Positions 1 through 10,605 of a stretch of DNA of 64,000 nucleotides are shown here, in pieces (within the stretch, counting starts at the first letter, position 1; the number at the start of each line of letters is the position of its first letter). Location of the stretch: the NCBI GenBank assembly GCA_951406725.2, contig OX597830.1, positions 30,938,001-31,002,000 of the forward strand, read 5' to 3'. The notes beneath the pieces are model-generated. The model did no database searches. It was not told where the DNA came from and worked only from the letters and a program-made list of their open reading frames with translations. The position numbers and the translations under genes were made by a program. The DNA comes from Octopus vulgaris. Lineage: Eukaryota.

Positions 1-378
1 TTTTTGTATTTCTTGTTTAAATCTTTCTTTAGTTACACAATTTTCAGTTTTGATGACACTGGCCTTCTTCATGTGTTTCAACAGTGGCTCCACGGCATTT
101 TTTTATATACCACTCTTGGCTGTTTTCCTCTGCTTCGATAAGGTCCTGGCAACTGACCAGACCTCTCCCACCCTTTCTTCTGTACAAGTACTGCCTATCG
201 GTGTCACTCTTAGGGTGGAAGGCTCCGTATACTGTCAACATTTTTCTGGTCTTGGTATCTATTTTCTTAATTTCTCTCTTCTGCCATTTTATAATTCCCG
301 CTCCATACTGAAGTGATGTTATCGCCCACGCATTAACTACTTGGATTTTATTCCATCCACTCAATTTTGAATGCAACA

Positions 379-380
<2 letters not shown>
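1..380 (-). mobile_element. R4/Dong-clade non-LTR retrotransposon fragment (post-RT region), running off the window edge
   Basis: ORF 44-379: NKIQVVNAWAITSLQYGAGIIKW..IDTKTRKMLTVYGAFHPKSDTDRQYLYRRKGGRGL, the motif typical of R4/Dong elements; frameshift near the end. Confidence 0.85.
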
Positions 381-468
<88 letters not shown>

Positions 469-562
469 ATGTAACCTTAGGTTTTTCACAAGTGTTCAGT
501 AGTTTTTGAAGTGCTTAGAACCCTCCTGATAATCTTTGCTGTCCCTAGGAGATTAACTTTCT
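381..562 (-). mobile_element. Short 3' end of an R4/Dong element with a (TAG)n/(TAA)n tail
   Basis: Minus strand reads QKVNLLGTAKIIRRVLS, then a short UTR and trinucleotide repeats at 381-469. Confidence 0.7.
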
Positions 563-1320
563 GTTATTGTTGTTGTTGTTGTTGCTGATGTTGTTGTTAT
601 TATTATTGTTATTATTATTATTATTTCTCTTTATCACAGGTTTTTTTTTTTGGAGGTCTTGGAGTATTACATGCGTAGCAGGCTTGCTACTTGCAGCCTA
701 CAGTACCATGCTATCCATTCTTTTCGGCTATCGAATATTTTCTTGATTATTCTGGCCGTACCAAGGAGGCAAGACTTTTGTAACAGTTCTATTACAATTT
801 CCTTCATATTCCTTTTCGTGCCTTTCCTATACTGTTCCCAAGGACTCAACAATAATTGGCATTATCTTCACCTTCTTCATTTTCCATAACTGGGCTTTTT
901 CGTACTTAAGAGGGTTGTATTAATCTATCTTCTCGCATTCCTTCTTGGCTATTCGTGGGTCAAAGGGGCATGCGACATCAACTGTATTAGCACATGTAGT
1001 GCATCTTATCCACTACCACTAGGTCCTGTCTGTTATGCTCTAGCACCTGATCTGTTTGTATTGGGAAATTCCAGAGTATTTTGCTAGTCTCCGACTCCAC
1101 CACCACTAGGTCCTGTCTATTATTCTCTAGCACCTGATCTGTTTGGATTAGGAAATCTCAGAGTATTTTGCTAGTCTCCGACTTCGCCACTCTCTGCTGT
1201 TTGTGCTCGTACCACGTCTTGCTTCTCTCTTACTTCTAAGTCTAAGGCATTCGTTCGTGATACGGGCAATGGTTTCCCTACTCTGCTACAGATCCTGCAC
1301 AGCGGTGACACTTGTTCATT
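563..1320 (-). mobile_element. R4/Dong fragment: zinc knuckle, restriction-like endonuclease, 3' end and tail (pseudogenised)
   Basis: Across frames: SPLCRIC, WYEH, KILWNFPIQTDQVLEHNRQDLVVVDK, DVACPFD, IELLQKSCLLGTARIIKKIF; then an A-run and TAA/CAA repeats. Confidence 0.85.
1010..1183. repeat. 87-bp tandem duplication (2 diverged copies) inside the R4/Dong fragment
   Basis: aggtcctgtct...gagtattttgctagtctccgact occurs with agg at 1021 and at 1108 (period 87). Confidence 0.9.
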
Positions 1321-1321
1321 A

Positions 1322-1349
1322 TTATCATTGTTGTTGTTGTTGTTGTTGC

Positions 1350-1440
<91 letters not shown>

Positions 1441-1800
1441 CATCATCGTGAGGTTGCTGACTGAAGGTATTGTGTCTACCGGAAGTTTGTACTGCTTGTC
1501 AAGTCACAACAAGGATCTCAGACAGACAATACTCTAAGCAATATGCGTGCAGTTCCAAATAATGCCGATTTTTGCAGGGTATTTCTAAGGTTTTCAGACG
1601 TTTTTTGAGATTGGATGATATTGAACCCAATGCTCCGATAGGGATAACCTTTATGTTCGACTCTCGTAGATGCCACATCTTAGCGATCGCAATTCTCAGG
1701 TCTCCATAGTTTTATCAACTTTTTCTCTTTCTTTCATGATAATGTGCTGTTCTCCCGGCACTGCTACGTCAATTAATATTATTATACTCTTGTTTGTCTC
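1322..1800 (-). mobile_element. R4/Dong 3' fragment (endonuclease C-terminal half) with a (TAA)n(CAA)n tail
   Basis: Minus strand: LIDVAVPGEQHIIMKEREKVDK, IAKMWHL, VIPIGALGSI, LQKSALFGTARILLRVLSV*; repeat tail at 1322-1440. Confidence 0.82.
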
Positions 1801-1861
1801 TCCTAAAGGTTACTATATCCGGCCTTCGGATATAGTAACCGCATCGCTGGTCACAATGCGT

Positions 1862-1947
1862 TTTTGGGTTGCTTTAGCCTTCAAATGACGCCACTCCGAT
1901 CTAGAGATCGTGAGTGCAGCAGCCTAACCACTGGACTCCGCGCCTTC
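1862..1947 (-). mobile_element. tRNA-like head of SINE family C (fragment)
   Basis: Reverse complement gaaggcgcggagtccagtggttaggctgctgcactcacgatc resembles the head at 4388. Confidence 0.5.
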
Positions 1948-1954
1948 GTATATA

Positions 1955-2322
1955 TTCTTTTATTCTTTTACACTTTTACTTATTTCAGTCATTTGACTGC
2001 GCCCATACTGGAGTACCACCTTTTGTCGAACAAATGGACCCCATGACTTAATCTTTGTAAGCCTAGTACTTAATGCCGAACCACTAATTTACGGGGACGT
2101 AAACATACCAACATAGGTTGCCAAGTGATGGTGAGGCTACAAACACAGACACGCAAATACATACATATATAAGTATATATATATATACGACGAGCTTCTT
2201 TCAGTTTCCATCCACCAAATACACTCACAAGGCTTTGGTTGGTCCAAAATTATTGTAGAAGATAGTTGCCCAAGGCACCATGTGGTTGGGAAGCAAGCTT
2301 CTTACCACACAGCCACGCCTTC
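1955..2322 (-). mobile_element. tRNA-derived SINE family B
   Basis: Reverse-complement match to 3351-3765 (head ggcgtggctgtgtggtaagaag, cttgggcaa core, internal AT/GT microsatellite, tail gtcaaatgactgaaa). Confidence 0.85.
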
Positions 2323-2326
2323 ACCT

Positions 2327-2332
2327 ATATAT

Positions 2333-2415
<83 letters not shown>
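2327..2415. repeat. (AT)n microsatellite
   Basis: Directly visible; similar tracts at 5120-5168, 29469-29590, 56353-56384 and 62738-62800. Confidence 0.98.
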
Positions 2416-2416
<1 letters not shown>

Positions 2417-2671
2417 GTCTGCGTATGTGTTTGTGTGTGTATTTATTGTAATAATTTACTCCATATTGCACGTTTTTACTTTGAAATCCCAGATAAGGAT
2501 TTGTAAGCCGGTTAACTCTATAGGTCCTTTTGTAAACACTTCACGTCAATTCCCGCTCAAATTTCACGCCGTGAAAAATATTTCAGTGAGTTTACCGATA
2601 TTGAAACCGTGACCATCTCGTTTTACTGTTTCTTGCATATTAGATCTTTTACATTCTTTTCTGTTGTATTC

Positions 2672-3098
2672 CTTTCTACTCTAGAGACAAGGCTCGAAAT
2701 TTTGGAGGAAGGAGCCAGTCGATTAGATCGACCCCAGTACGCAACTGGTACTTAATTTATCAACCCCGAAAGGATTAAAAGCAAAGTCAACCTCGGCGGA
2801 ATCTGGACTCAGAATGTAAAGACAGACGAAATACTGCTAAGCATTTCGCCCGGCGTGCTAACGTTTCTTATTTCTTTATTGCCCACAAGGGGCTAAACAT
2901 AGAGAGGACTAACAAGGATAGACAAACAAATTAAGTCGATTACATCGACCCCAGTGCGTAACTGGTACTTAATTTATCGACCCCGAAAGGATGAAAGGCA
3001 AAGTCGACCTCGGCGGAATTTGAACTCGGAACGCAGCGCCGGACGAAATACCACAAAGCATTTCGCCCGGCGTGCTAACGTTTCTGCCAGCTCGCTGC
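2672..3098 (-). mobile_element. Dimeric SINE family A (two head+core units with different tails)
   Basis: Two copies of gaaacgttagcacgccgggcgaaatg..ccgccgagg..cctttcgggg..gataaattaagtaccag. First tail cttgtgggcaataaagaaata, second tail aatttcgagccttgtctctagagtagaaag; same layout as 10232-10605. Confidence 0.88.
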
Positions 3099-3350
3099 TT
3101 TCTTTATACTCTATATTAAATTATTTCTAAGCTGACAGTGAGAGTATTTGAGAAATATTCAATTGAGATTTTTTGGAAATGCAGGTCAAGCAACTGCGTG
3201 GAGGCATCTTCGTTGTCTGAGTTTTAATTCGGTTTATAGCGATAACAATCGCAGATAACTATTTAATAGTTAAGAGCGTAGGTATCGATAAAATACCATT
3301 ATAGTCATGATCAAGCCCTGTGTCCAGGGCCCTGGACACTAGTGTCACAA

Positions 3351-3765
3351 ACAGGTGCAGGCGTGGCTGTGTGGTAAGAAACGTGCTTTCCAGCCACATG
3401 GTTCAGTGTTCAATCCCATTGAGTGACACCTTTGGCAAGTGGCTTCTACCACAGTCTGGAGGCGACTCAAGTCGTGTGAGTGGATTTGGTAGGCGGAAAC
3501 TGAAAGAAGCTCGTCGTATATATATTTGTATATATATGTATGTGTGTGTGTGTGTCTTTGTGTTTCTGTATGTACCTCATCACCACTTGACAACCGGTGT
3601 TGGTGTGTTTACGTCCCTGCAAATTAGTAGTTGGGCAAAGGAGACCGACAGAATAATTACGAAGTTTAAAAAATGAGTTCTAGGGTCGATTCTTTTGACT
3701 AAAACCCTTCAAGGCGATGCCTCAGCGTGGCCGCTGTCAAATAACTGAAACGAGTAAAAGACAAA
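3351..3765 (+). mobile_element. tRNA-derived SINE family B, near full length
   Basis: A-box-like tggctgtgtgg, B-box-like gttcaatccc, core cacctttggcaagtg, internal (AT)/(GT) tract; further copies near 1955, 12090, 31061 and 35525. Confidence 0.85.
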
Positions 3766-3789
3766 CGATGAAGTTTTGGGACTTATAGG

Positions 3790-3965
3790 ACCGCTTATCT
3801 AGTTTCCATAGCGTATAACATTCTCCACTTGACGGGACGCTAAGTCATTTGCAGCTGAGTGGTCTGGAGTAACGTTTTACTCAATAACAAAACGCATCAT
3901 TCAGTCCAAGAATAGAAACTACTATCTTGCGATCGTGAATGCAACAACCTAGGTCAGCGCCCTCT
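3790..3965 (-). mobile_element. SINE family C, degenerate
   Basis: cagctgagtggtctggag..ctcaataacaaaacgc..atcttgcgatcgtgaat is the reverse complement of the 4388-4530 region. Confidence 0.65.
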
Positions 3966-4202
3966 ATCGATAAAATACGTAGAAGTAATTAACTGAAGTC
4001 GATTTAATCGAATATACTTCTGCTCAGTGAAAACTGATCCGGTGTTTAATTGTCAGAAAATAAAATTCTCCGTATAAAAGATCGAATGCTTTGTGATATG
4101 AGATATCCATGCCGTCTGGAAATGATTTTCTTTATTTATTTCGATAAATGCCATGTGTTACTTGTCAGTCTTCGCTTACCAAATCATTTGTGTAGGTAAT
4201 AT

Positions 4203-4686
4203 TGGTTTCAAATTTTTGCACAAGGCCAGCAAGTTCGAATGAGGGCGTTAACCGGATTACGTTGACTCTAATGCTCAACAGGTATTTATTTTATCGGCAC
4301 CGAAAGGATGAAAGGCAAAGTCGACCTCGGTGGAATTTGAACTGAGAGCGTAAAGATATACGAAATGTCGCCAAGTATTTTGCCCGTGGAGGCACAGGGC
4401 TTAGTGGTTAGGGTGTTGGATTAATGATCGTAAGATTGTGGTTTCGATTCCTGGGCCTGGTGACGCGTTGTGTTCTTGAGCGAAACGCTTTATTTCACAT
4501 TGCCCCAGTCCACTCAGCTGTCAAAAGTAAGTTAATCCTGCGTTGGATAAGCGTCCCGTCCAGGTGGGGAATATATGCACCATCAAACCGGCCATTATGA
4601 GTCGGTATAAGAAGGAAAAATTACTTCTTACTTTACCTTAAGTATTTAGCTCTGCGTGCTAACGGTTCTACCAGTTCGGTGCCTTA
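4203..4686 (-). mobile_element. SINE family A copy interrupted by a family C SINE
   Basis: Core and tail at 4203-4386; head remainder at 4640-4686 (gcgtgctaacggttctaccagttcg). Confidence 0.75.
4388..4638 (+). mobile_element. tRNA-derived SINE family C
   Basis: ggaggcacagggcttagtggttagg (A box) and gtttcgattcc (B box); tail of ttact-like repeats; flanked by aagtattttgccc and aagtatttagctc (imperfect target-site duplication). Confidence 0.8.
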
Positions 4687-5035
4687 CTTTTGCGAAGTTA
4701 ATATTAACTAAGTGTATACAACATTGGCTGGCTTCGCTCAGTTGTTTGTGAACATCCTTTCAAGAGAAGATACTCTGTAATAAGCCCCTAGAAACGAAAT
4801 TTCGTCCTGGTCTGTATGTAGATAAGGTGTTTTCTATATATATATACTTAGTTTGTGGTGTGAGTTTTCCAGGTGCTTGATTCCGTTGCATACTTTTCTT
4901 GAAGACTTATTGTCATTATTCTGAATATCAAATGATCCACTGAGTTCTCCTGGGAGAAATATATTCTTCAGTTACAAACTTAAGGGATTATTTTCTCCTT
5001 CACTAGTATTTTAAACAATCTCCCCCTCTCTCTCC

Positions 5036-5036
<1 letters not shown>

Positions 5037-5096
<60 letters not shown>

Positions 5097-5116
5097 AATC
5101 AATCTATCTATGTGTA

Positions 5117-5169
<53 letters not shown>

Positions 5170-5262
5170 GTGTGTATGTGTATATGCATATATTTTTCTT
5201 TTATTTGTTTCAGTCATTTGACTGAAGTACCTCCTTTCTGTATAAGTAAATAGATAGATAGC

Positions 5263-5355
<93 letters not shown>
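5037..5355. repeat. (CTAT)n, (AT)n and (AGAT)n microsatellite cluster
   Basis: (CTAT)n at 5037-5110 and the opposite-orientation (AGAT)n at 5251-5355. Confidence 0.97.
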
Positions 5356-5740
5356 CCCTGTGTTTTTCATTGCCAATTTAAAAGCCACTCGGAGACAAAA
5401 AAGCACAGTATCAAGTAAGAGAAATTACCAGAGTTACTTTAACAGGAGTGAGTGATGGTTTCTGAGCTCAGAGTAGCTCGAGTCATCACTGATGAGTTTG
5501 CATCGCATGAGACTTCTATGCTTAGGGCTCAATATTGGCAAGATGCATAATAGTAGTGACGTATTGCTTTTGGTTGCACCAGTTGTAATAGTTTCACTTC
5601 TTATGAAGGAAAGCCTTCATGAAATATTCAAGGCCAGCACTTTGCGATACAAACTCATCAGTATCGATATGTGTTCAAGACGAGGGAGAAAGAAGCAAAA
5701 GTAACTGGATGAAAAATTTGCAAATGAAGCATCTTGCAAT

Positions 5741-6078
5741 GTAAATCTCTCAAAGTGGGTGCTACCGTCCCCTCGGTGGGCGTTGAGACGGTCCACGTGG
5801 GCGCTGGTGCCTTAGGAGGGAGGTGAGGGTGGGGCGGTAGAGAAAGAGAAGGCGTCGGGAAGAAAGCAGGGGATTGAGGAACGCTATGAAGTTATTATAA
5901 TATTATTATAGTATTGTATACAAATTATATATATTAAATATCAAATGATTCATAGTATATATATATATAAGTTAGTAAAATATAAAATATCTATTTATAC
6001 ATAAAAATAGGAGTGGGGCGCTGAGGATATTATGTAGCTAAGAGTAGGACGGTGGTCCAAAAAGCTTGAGAACTTCTG
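5741..6078. mobile_element. Putative non-autonomous hAT/Charlie-like MITE inside the transposase remnant
   Basis: Degenerate inverted termini ..tctctcaaagtggg and ..aagcttgagaacttctg, GC-rich subterminal arms and an AT-rich middle. Confidence 0.55.
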
Positions 6079-7315
6079 GTTTAGATAATGATCAACCTTC
6101 AAAGAAAGTGCTTCTTTGCTTAAAGGCTAACGACAGACACCAAAGATGAAACAATTTTTTTTAAAAGTTGAGACTTATCTGAATTCGGTGTTGCCCTCCT
6201 GGTACGTACGTACGTATAAAGGATTGGTTTTTTTTTTGAGGGGGGGGTTGAAATTTTGTACTGAAAGTGTTTTTTCCCCATACACTGCATGGTCCTTTCT
6301 CAGCATTTGGCTGCAAAACAATTCGCTTACAAAGCAATTCTCTTGTTATTGTAAAATAAATGAATAAATAAATAAATAAAAAGCTATTAACCTTATGAAA
6401 TGAAATGCACCTCTTCAGTATGGTCTTCTTTGAGCATTTTGTGACAAAACTAACGAAGTCTGAACGCCTACTGATGCATACAAAGATGTGATGGTTAACA
6501 AAAGGTAATTGTCTTCGGCGCTTTGTTGAAGCTCAGGATAGTATTGTGTTGTTTCTGAATAGTAAGCAGCTTGCTGAACAGTTTGGTTCTGGCCAGGTGT
6601 AATATATTTTACCTCTCAGGTATATTTGAAAAAGCTTAGTTTCGTGAACAAACGGTTACATGGAAAATGCTGTAATCTTATATCTTGCTAAGAGGTCATT
6701 ACTACTTTCATTGGAAATCTCAAGATGTTCATAGTTAATTTAGGACGTCGCGAGTCGAGTAGTTTCCGATCATGGCTACCATTGGCATCAACTACAAGCT
6801 GTGTTTGTATGCTGAACATTTTAAGTATTTGTACAGTGTCTGAGAGTTTGTTTTGGTGACTTCCTAGAGATAAGTAACCTAGCTTAGTAGAGGTGTTCCT
6901 CAGAGATAATAAAGAGCTGTTCATTTCCTACATCTTTACTTATGTATCGTTGGTGCTACAGATTAATAATAGCATGATTCATCTTTTGATTGCAGTAAGT
7001 GTTAATTACACACTTAAAGGATTCTAGATTCACTACTTAGAACGAATACGAGACGGAGGACTGATGAAACTCAAAACAGTTAATTTTAGATACCAACGTA
7101 TAAATAAGCTGACAGCTGGTTGTATCATTATTTGCATTATTAAGGTAAATGTGGCTGATGTTGTCATTAAATTAGAAGAAAGAATCACAGAGTTACGGAG
7201 TGACAAAATACAATAGTTTAAACTACATTCAAACATGTCAAGCAACGTTGTATCACTGTGTCGACGGAACTTTTGGACGATATTATACATCACTATGACG
7301 ATATTATACATCTAA

Positions 7316-7550
7316 GCCGGAAGGCGAGCTGGCAGAATTGTTAGCACGCCGGACGAAATTCTTAGCGGTATTTCGTCTGCTGCTACGTTCTGAGTTCAAA
7401 TTCCGCCGAGGTCAACTTTGCCTTTCATCCTTTCGGGGTCGATAAATTAAGTACCAGTTATGCACTGGGGTCGATATAATCGACTTAATCCGTTTGTCTG
7501 TCCTTGTTTATCCTCTCTGTGTTTAGCCCCTTGTGGGTAGTAAAGAAATA
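7316..7550 (+). mobile_element. Monomeric SINE family A with target-site duplication
   Basis: ggcgagctggcagaattgttagc (A box), gagttcaaattcc (B box), core gcctttcatcctttcggggtcgataaattaagtaccag; gatattatacatc at 7300-7312 and 7551-7563. Confidence 0.9.
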
Positions 7551-10231
7551 GATATTATACATCACTGACGACATTGCATTTCCTCTCATTCGTGTAGCTT
7601 TCAAATGATGCTGCTCTGGTGGGTAGGCAACATACCCCGTCAAGTGAACGCCAGTCCGTCGAACGACCATATAGAAGCTTCCTTGCTTGTTCACCCTTTC
7701 TGACTTGCTCAAATTAGACTTAGCGTCAAGACATAACCAACGACTTCCTTTCAACAACTGGTCGAACCTCTTTACAGTTAGTTGGACCTGGTCAGTGTTA
7801 TGACAATGAACACTACACAACGATGGTAGTTAGTCATGAACTATCAAGCCTTTGACTGATGTTGAAAAATCTCATCGTCAGGCAGTACATTTATTTATAT
7901 ATTTATTCATTTTGCCATACTTTGTGACGAACAGCGTCGTCAGTTTTAGGATTCCGATGGAGGTAATCGTTGGTTCTCAGTATTTCTAATAGTAATAAGG
8001 GAGTATCTATAACTCAATTTAGAACAAACATCGAAAGTATATACATACGCATAGATCCCTGCAGTATGGAGAGAGTAAAAATGTCGGTTACCATACTTTA
8101 AATGTGAGAAGAAAAGATTATTTTAACCAACTGAATTCACAACAATAATGAAAAGAATACCCCTTAATGTAAATAAAAATTCCTCTCAAAAGAAGGAAGG
8201 GGGATAACTCCGAAATTTCAGTAAACCACAAATTAAAGAGATACGCTTACTCCTTCATATATTTTCGGTCAATTGAAATTTAGGAGTTACCTCCCTTGCC
8301 CATTTTTATAGGAATTTATATTTAAGTTACAGTCACTTGTTTTTTCAAATTCAGTTGCTCAAGACTATTTTCGGTTTACCACATTAAGGCAGCCTAGAAT
8401 TAGCTATATGGTGATATGTAAAAATATGCTTACACACATTCATACATTTTACCCTTAAATTTTCTCGAATTATGAGGTGAACTGCTATTTGCCGATCTCT
8501 CCACCCTGACGAAAGAGGCCGGTATTACGGAAATGTTTATATGCATCCTCTACTGGTTGCATATCCTTGAATTCTTGCACACTCCATCTGCATATTAGGA
8601 GCATTACAGCGATTGCATAATTCCGAACACCCAGAAACAGCTGTCGGACTTCAAATACTATACCTTTTTCCCTTAGTTTTCTGTATTTTTTGTACTCCAT
8701 ATATATGTATTTATTCTGTTTATATATAAATATCTATATCCTTATTACATAAGTATTTGTCTGAATATTTGCAGTTTTTATTTCTCTCTCTATATTCCTA
8801 TCTATATTTACAAGTATATACATATACTTTATATATCGAGCCCAAACCTTTATATATATATATATATATGTTTGTATATGTGTATATATATATATATAGA
8901 TATATATGTGTATGTGTGTGTATATATATACATATGCATATATTATATATATATATATACATACATATTGGCTTTAGCTCTCTCTAACAATACATTATAA
9001 AATGTTCCGTTGTAGATAAGCATCCTATTGCACTTGGAATGCCCAATGCAGTTCCAAATAACCAAACTAGTGAAACGTACGTAGGAGTAAAAGATATATA
9101 CTTGTGTTTATCGTAATTTTCCTACATTTGTTCTCTGTTATAACCAGTTGTACAAGTAGGTATAGCAGTTGCTTAATCATTAGACTGGAAGCAGACGGGA
9201 TGATGCTAATCCTTGTGGAGCCTTAGTCAGTAGCAGCAGTCTTACATCTGTTTCTATACACAAGTTATACAAAACTGAAAAGACATCTGTGTTTCATGTG
9301 CGACCAGTTAGGTTTTTCTGGACACTGATGCGATTATCCTGACCTTTCTTGTAAGTGTTGTTGAGCCTTAGGTCAGCTACCATTGAGCAGTTCTATGATC
9401 TAAGATATTCCTGTCACGACCACCGTCTTCTTTTTCAGGCGTAATAAAATTTACAATACCTCAGTATACCCTTACCTTGTTTGAGAATGTAGGGCGTCAT
9501 TTGAGAGCCTCTTGTCCGCTAATTCTGTCTGTTCTCTCCATATCCATGCCACTGATGTGCCAAGAAGCCAGAACCTGATTTCAACCCCCAGAAACTCCTA
9601 TTTAAGGGAGGTCATGAAACACGCATTCCCATTGTCAACTCCTTATATTTAGGCCTTATTCCTATACAATATCATATACAGAGGGTGCATTCAGCAATGA
9701 GTTCCGTAACGAATTTACTGATAGTAAGGGGTCTACCAGGATTGAATTTGCAATCCCTTTGCTTGTTATAATTCTCTAAACTATAACAAAAGTGTTTACG
9801 ACAAACCATAAACGGAATTCTTCTGTACCGATGACCAAGTTCTTGCAATTGAATTTGTAGAAGAGTTGGTGAATAAATTCCAGATACGGAAGCAGAAACC
9901 TGGAATCGATAGGCCTCAAAGTAAACTTGGTAAAGACTGAAGTTTTATTGAGTAGACAAGGGCACAGGTACATGCCACCATTAACTAAATGAACATGTCT
10001 GGTGTGAAGAAAAGGAATAGGAAGAAATTAATTATTGTGTGTTCAATGTAAACTATGGACACACAAGTTGTCGAATCACAATCAGATTGGAAGATTGACT
10101 TGGTGTGTATTAGGCGCATAGGAGTTATTAGCAGTAAGAGTACTTGTCAGACAAATTCCTTCAAATGAGCAGAAACTCCAGAGATAGTTGATAGTCTTTG
10201 TTACTTGGGTCATCTGATAAGCAGAGGAAGT

Positions 10232-10605
10232 AAGGCGGTGAGCTGGCAGAAACGTTAGCACGCCGGACGAAATGCTTAGCGGTATTTCGTCTACCGTTAC
10301 GTTCTGGGTTCAAATTCCGCCGAGGTCGACTTAGCCTTTCATCCTTTCGGGGTCGATAAATTAAGTACCAGTTACGCACTGGGGTCGATATAATCGACTT
10401 AATCCGTTTGTCTGTCCTCTCTGTGGGTAGTAAAGAAATAGGTATTTCGTCTGCCGTTACGTTCTGAGTTCAAATTCTGCCGAGGCCGACTTTGCATTTC
10501 ATCCTCACGGGGTTGAAAAATTAAGTACCAGTTGCGTACTGGGGTAGAGCTAATTGACTAGTCCCCTCCCCAAAATTTCGGGCCTTGTGCCTAGAGTAGA
10601 AAAGA
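10232..10605 (+). mobile_element. Dimeric SINE family A with 15-bp target-site duplication
   Basis: ataagcagaggaagt at 10217-10231 and 10606-10620 flanks two SINE units (junction at ~10440). Confidence 0.92.

Larger units (their letters stand above)
5400..7620 (+). mobile_element. Decayed hAT-family (Buster/Charlie; ZBED5/ZBED8/SCAND3-like) transposase
   Basis: Broken-frame motifs in the expected order: LTTDTKDETIF, YKGL, IHCMVLSQHLAAK, ERLLMHTKM*WLTKGNCLRRF (cf. LLLHTEVRWLSKG), FYLSGIFEK..VNKRLHG, NLGRRESSSF, LEERITELRSD, IAFP. Many stops and frameshifts; boundaries approximate. Confidence 0.8.

Noticed and set aside
4388-4460. tRNA-like sequences with A and B boxes
   Set aside because: They are SINE heads continuing into core and tail; no intact cloverleaf seen.
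5037-5355. Apparent large hairpin formed by (CTAT)n and (AGAT)n
   Set aside because: Two abundant microsatellites in opposite orientation; expected by chance in this genome.
10161-10379. ORF MRNWYLIYRPRKDERLSRPRRNLNPER...
   Set aside because: Antisense translation of SINE family A.
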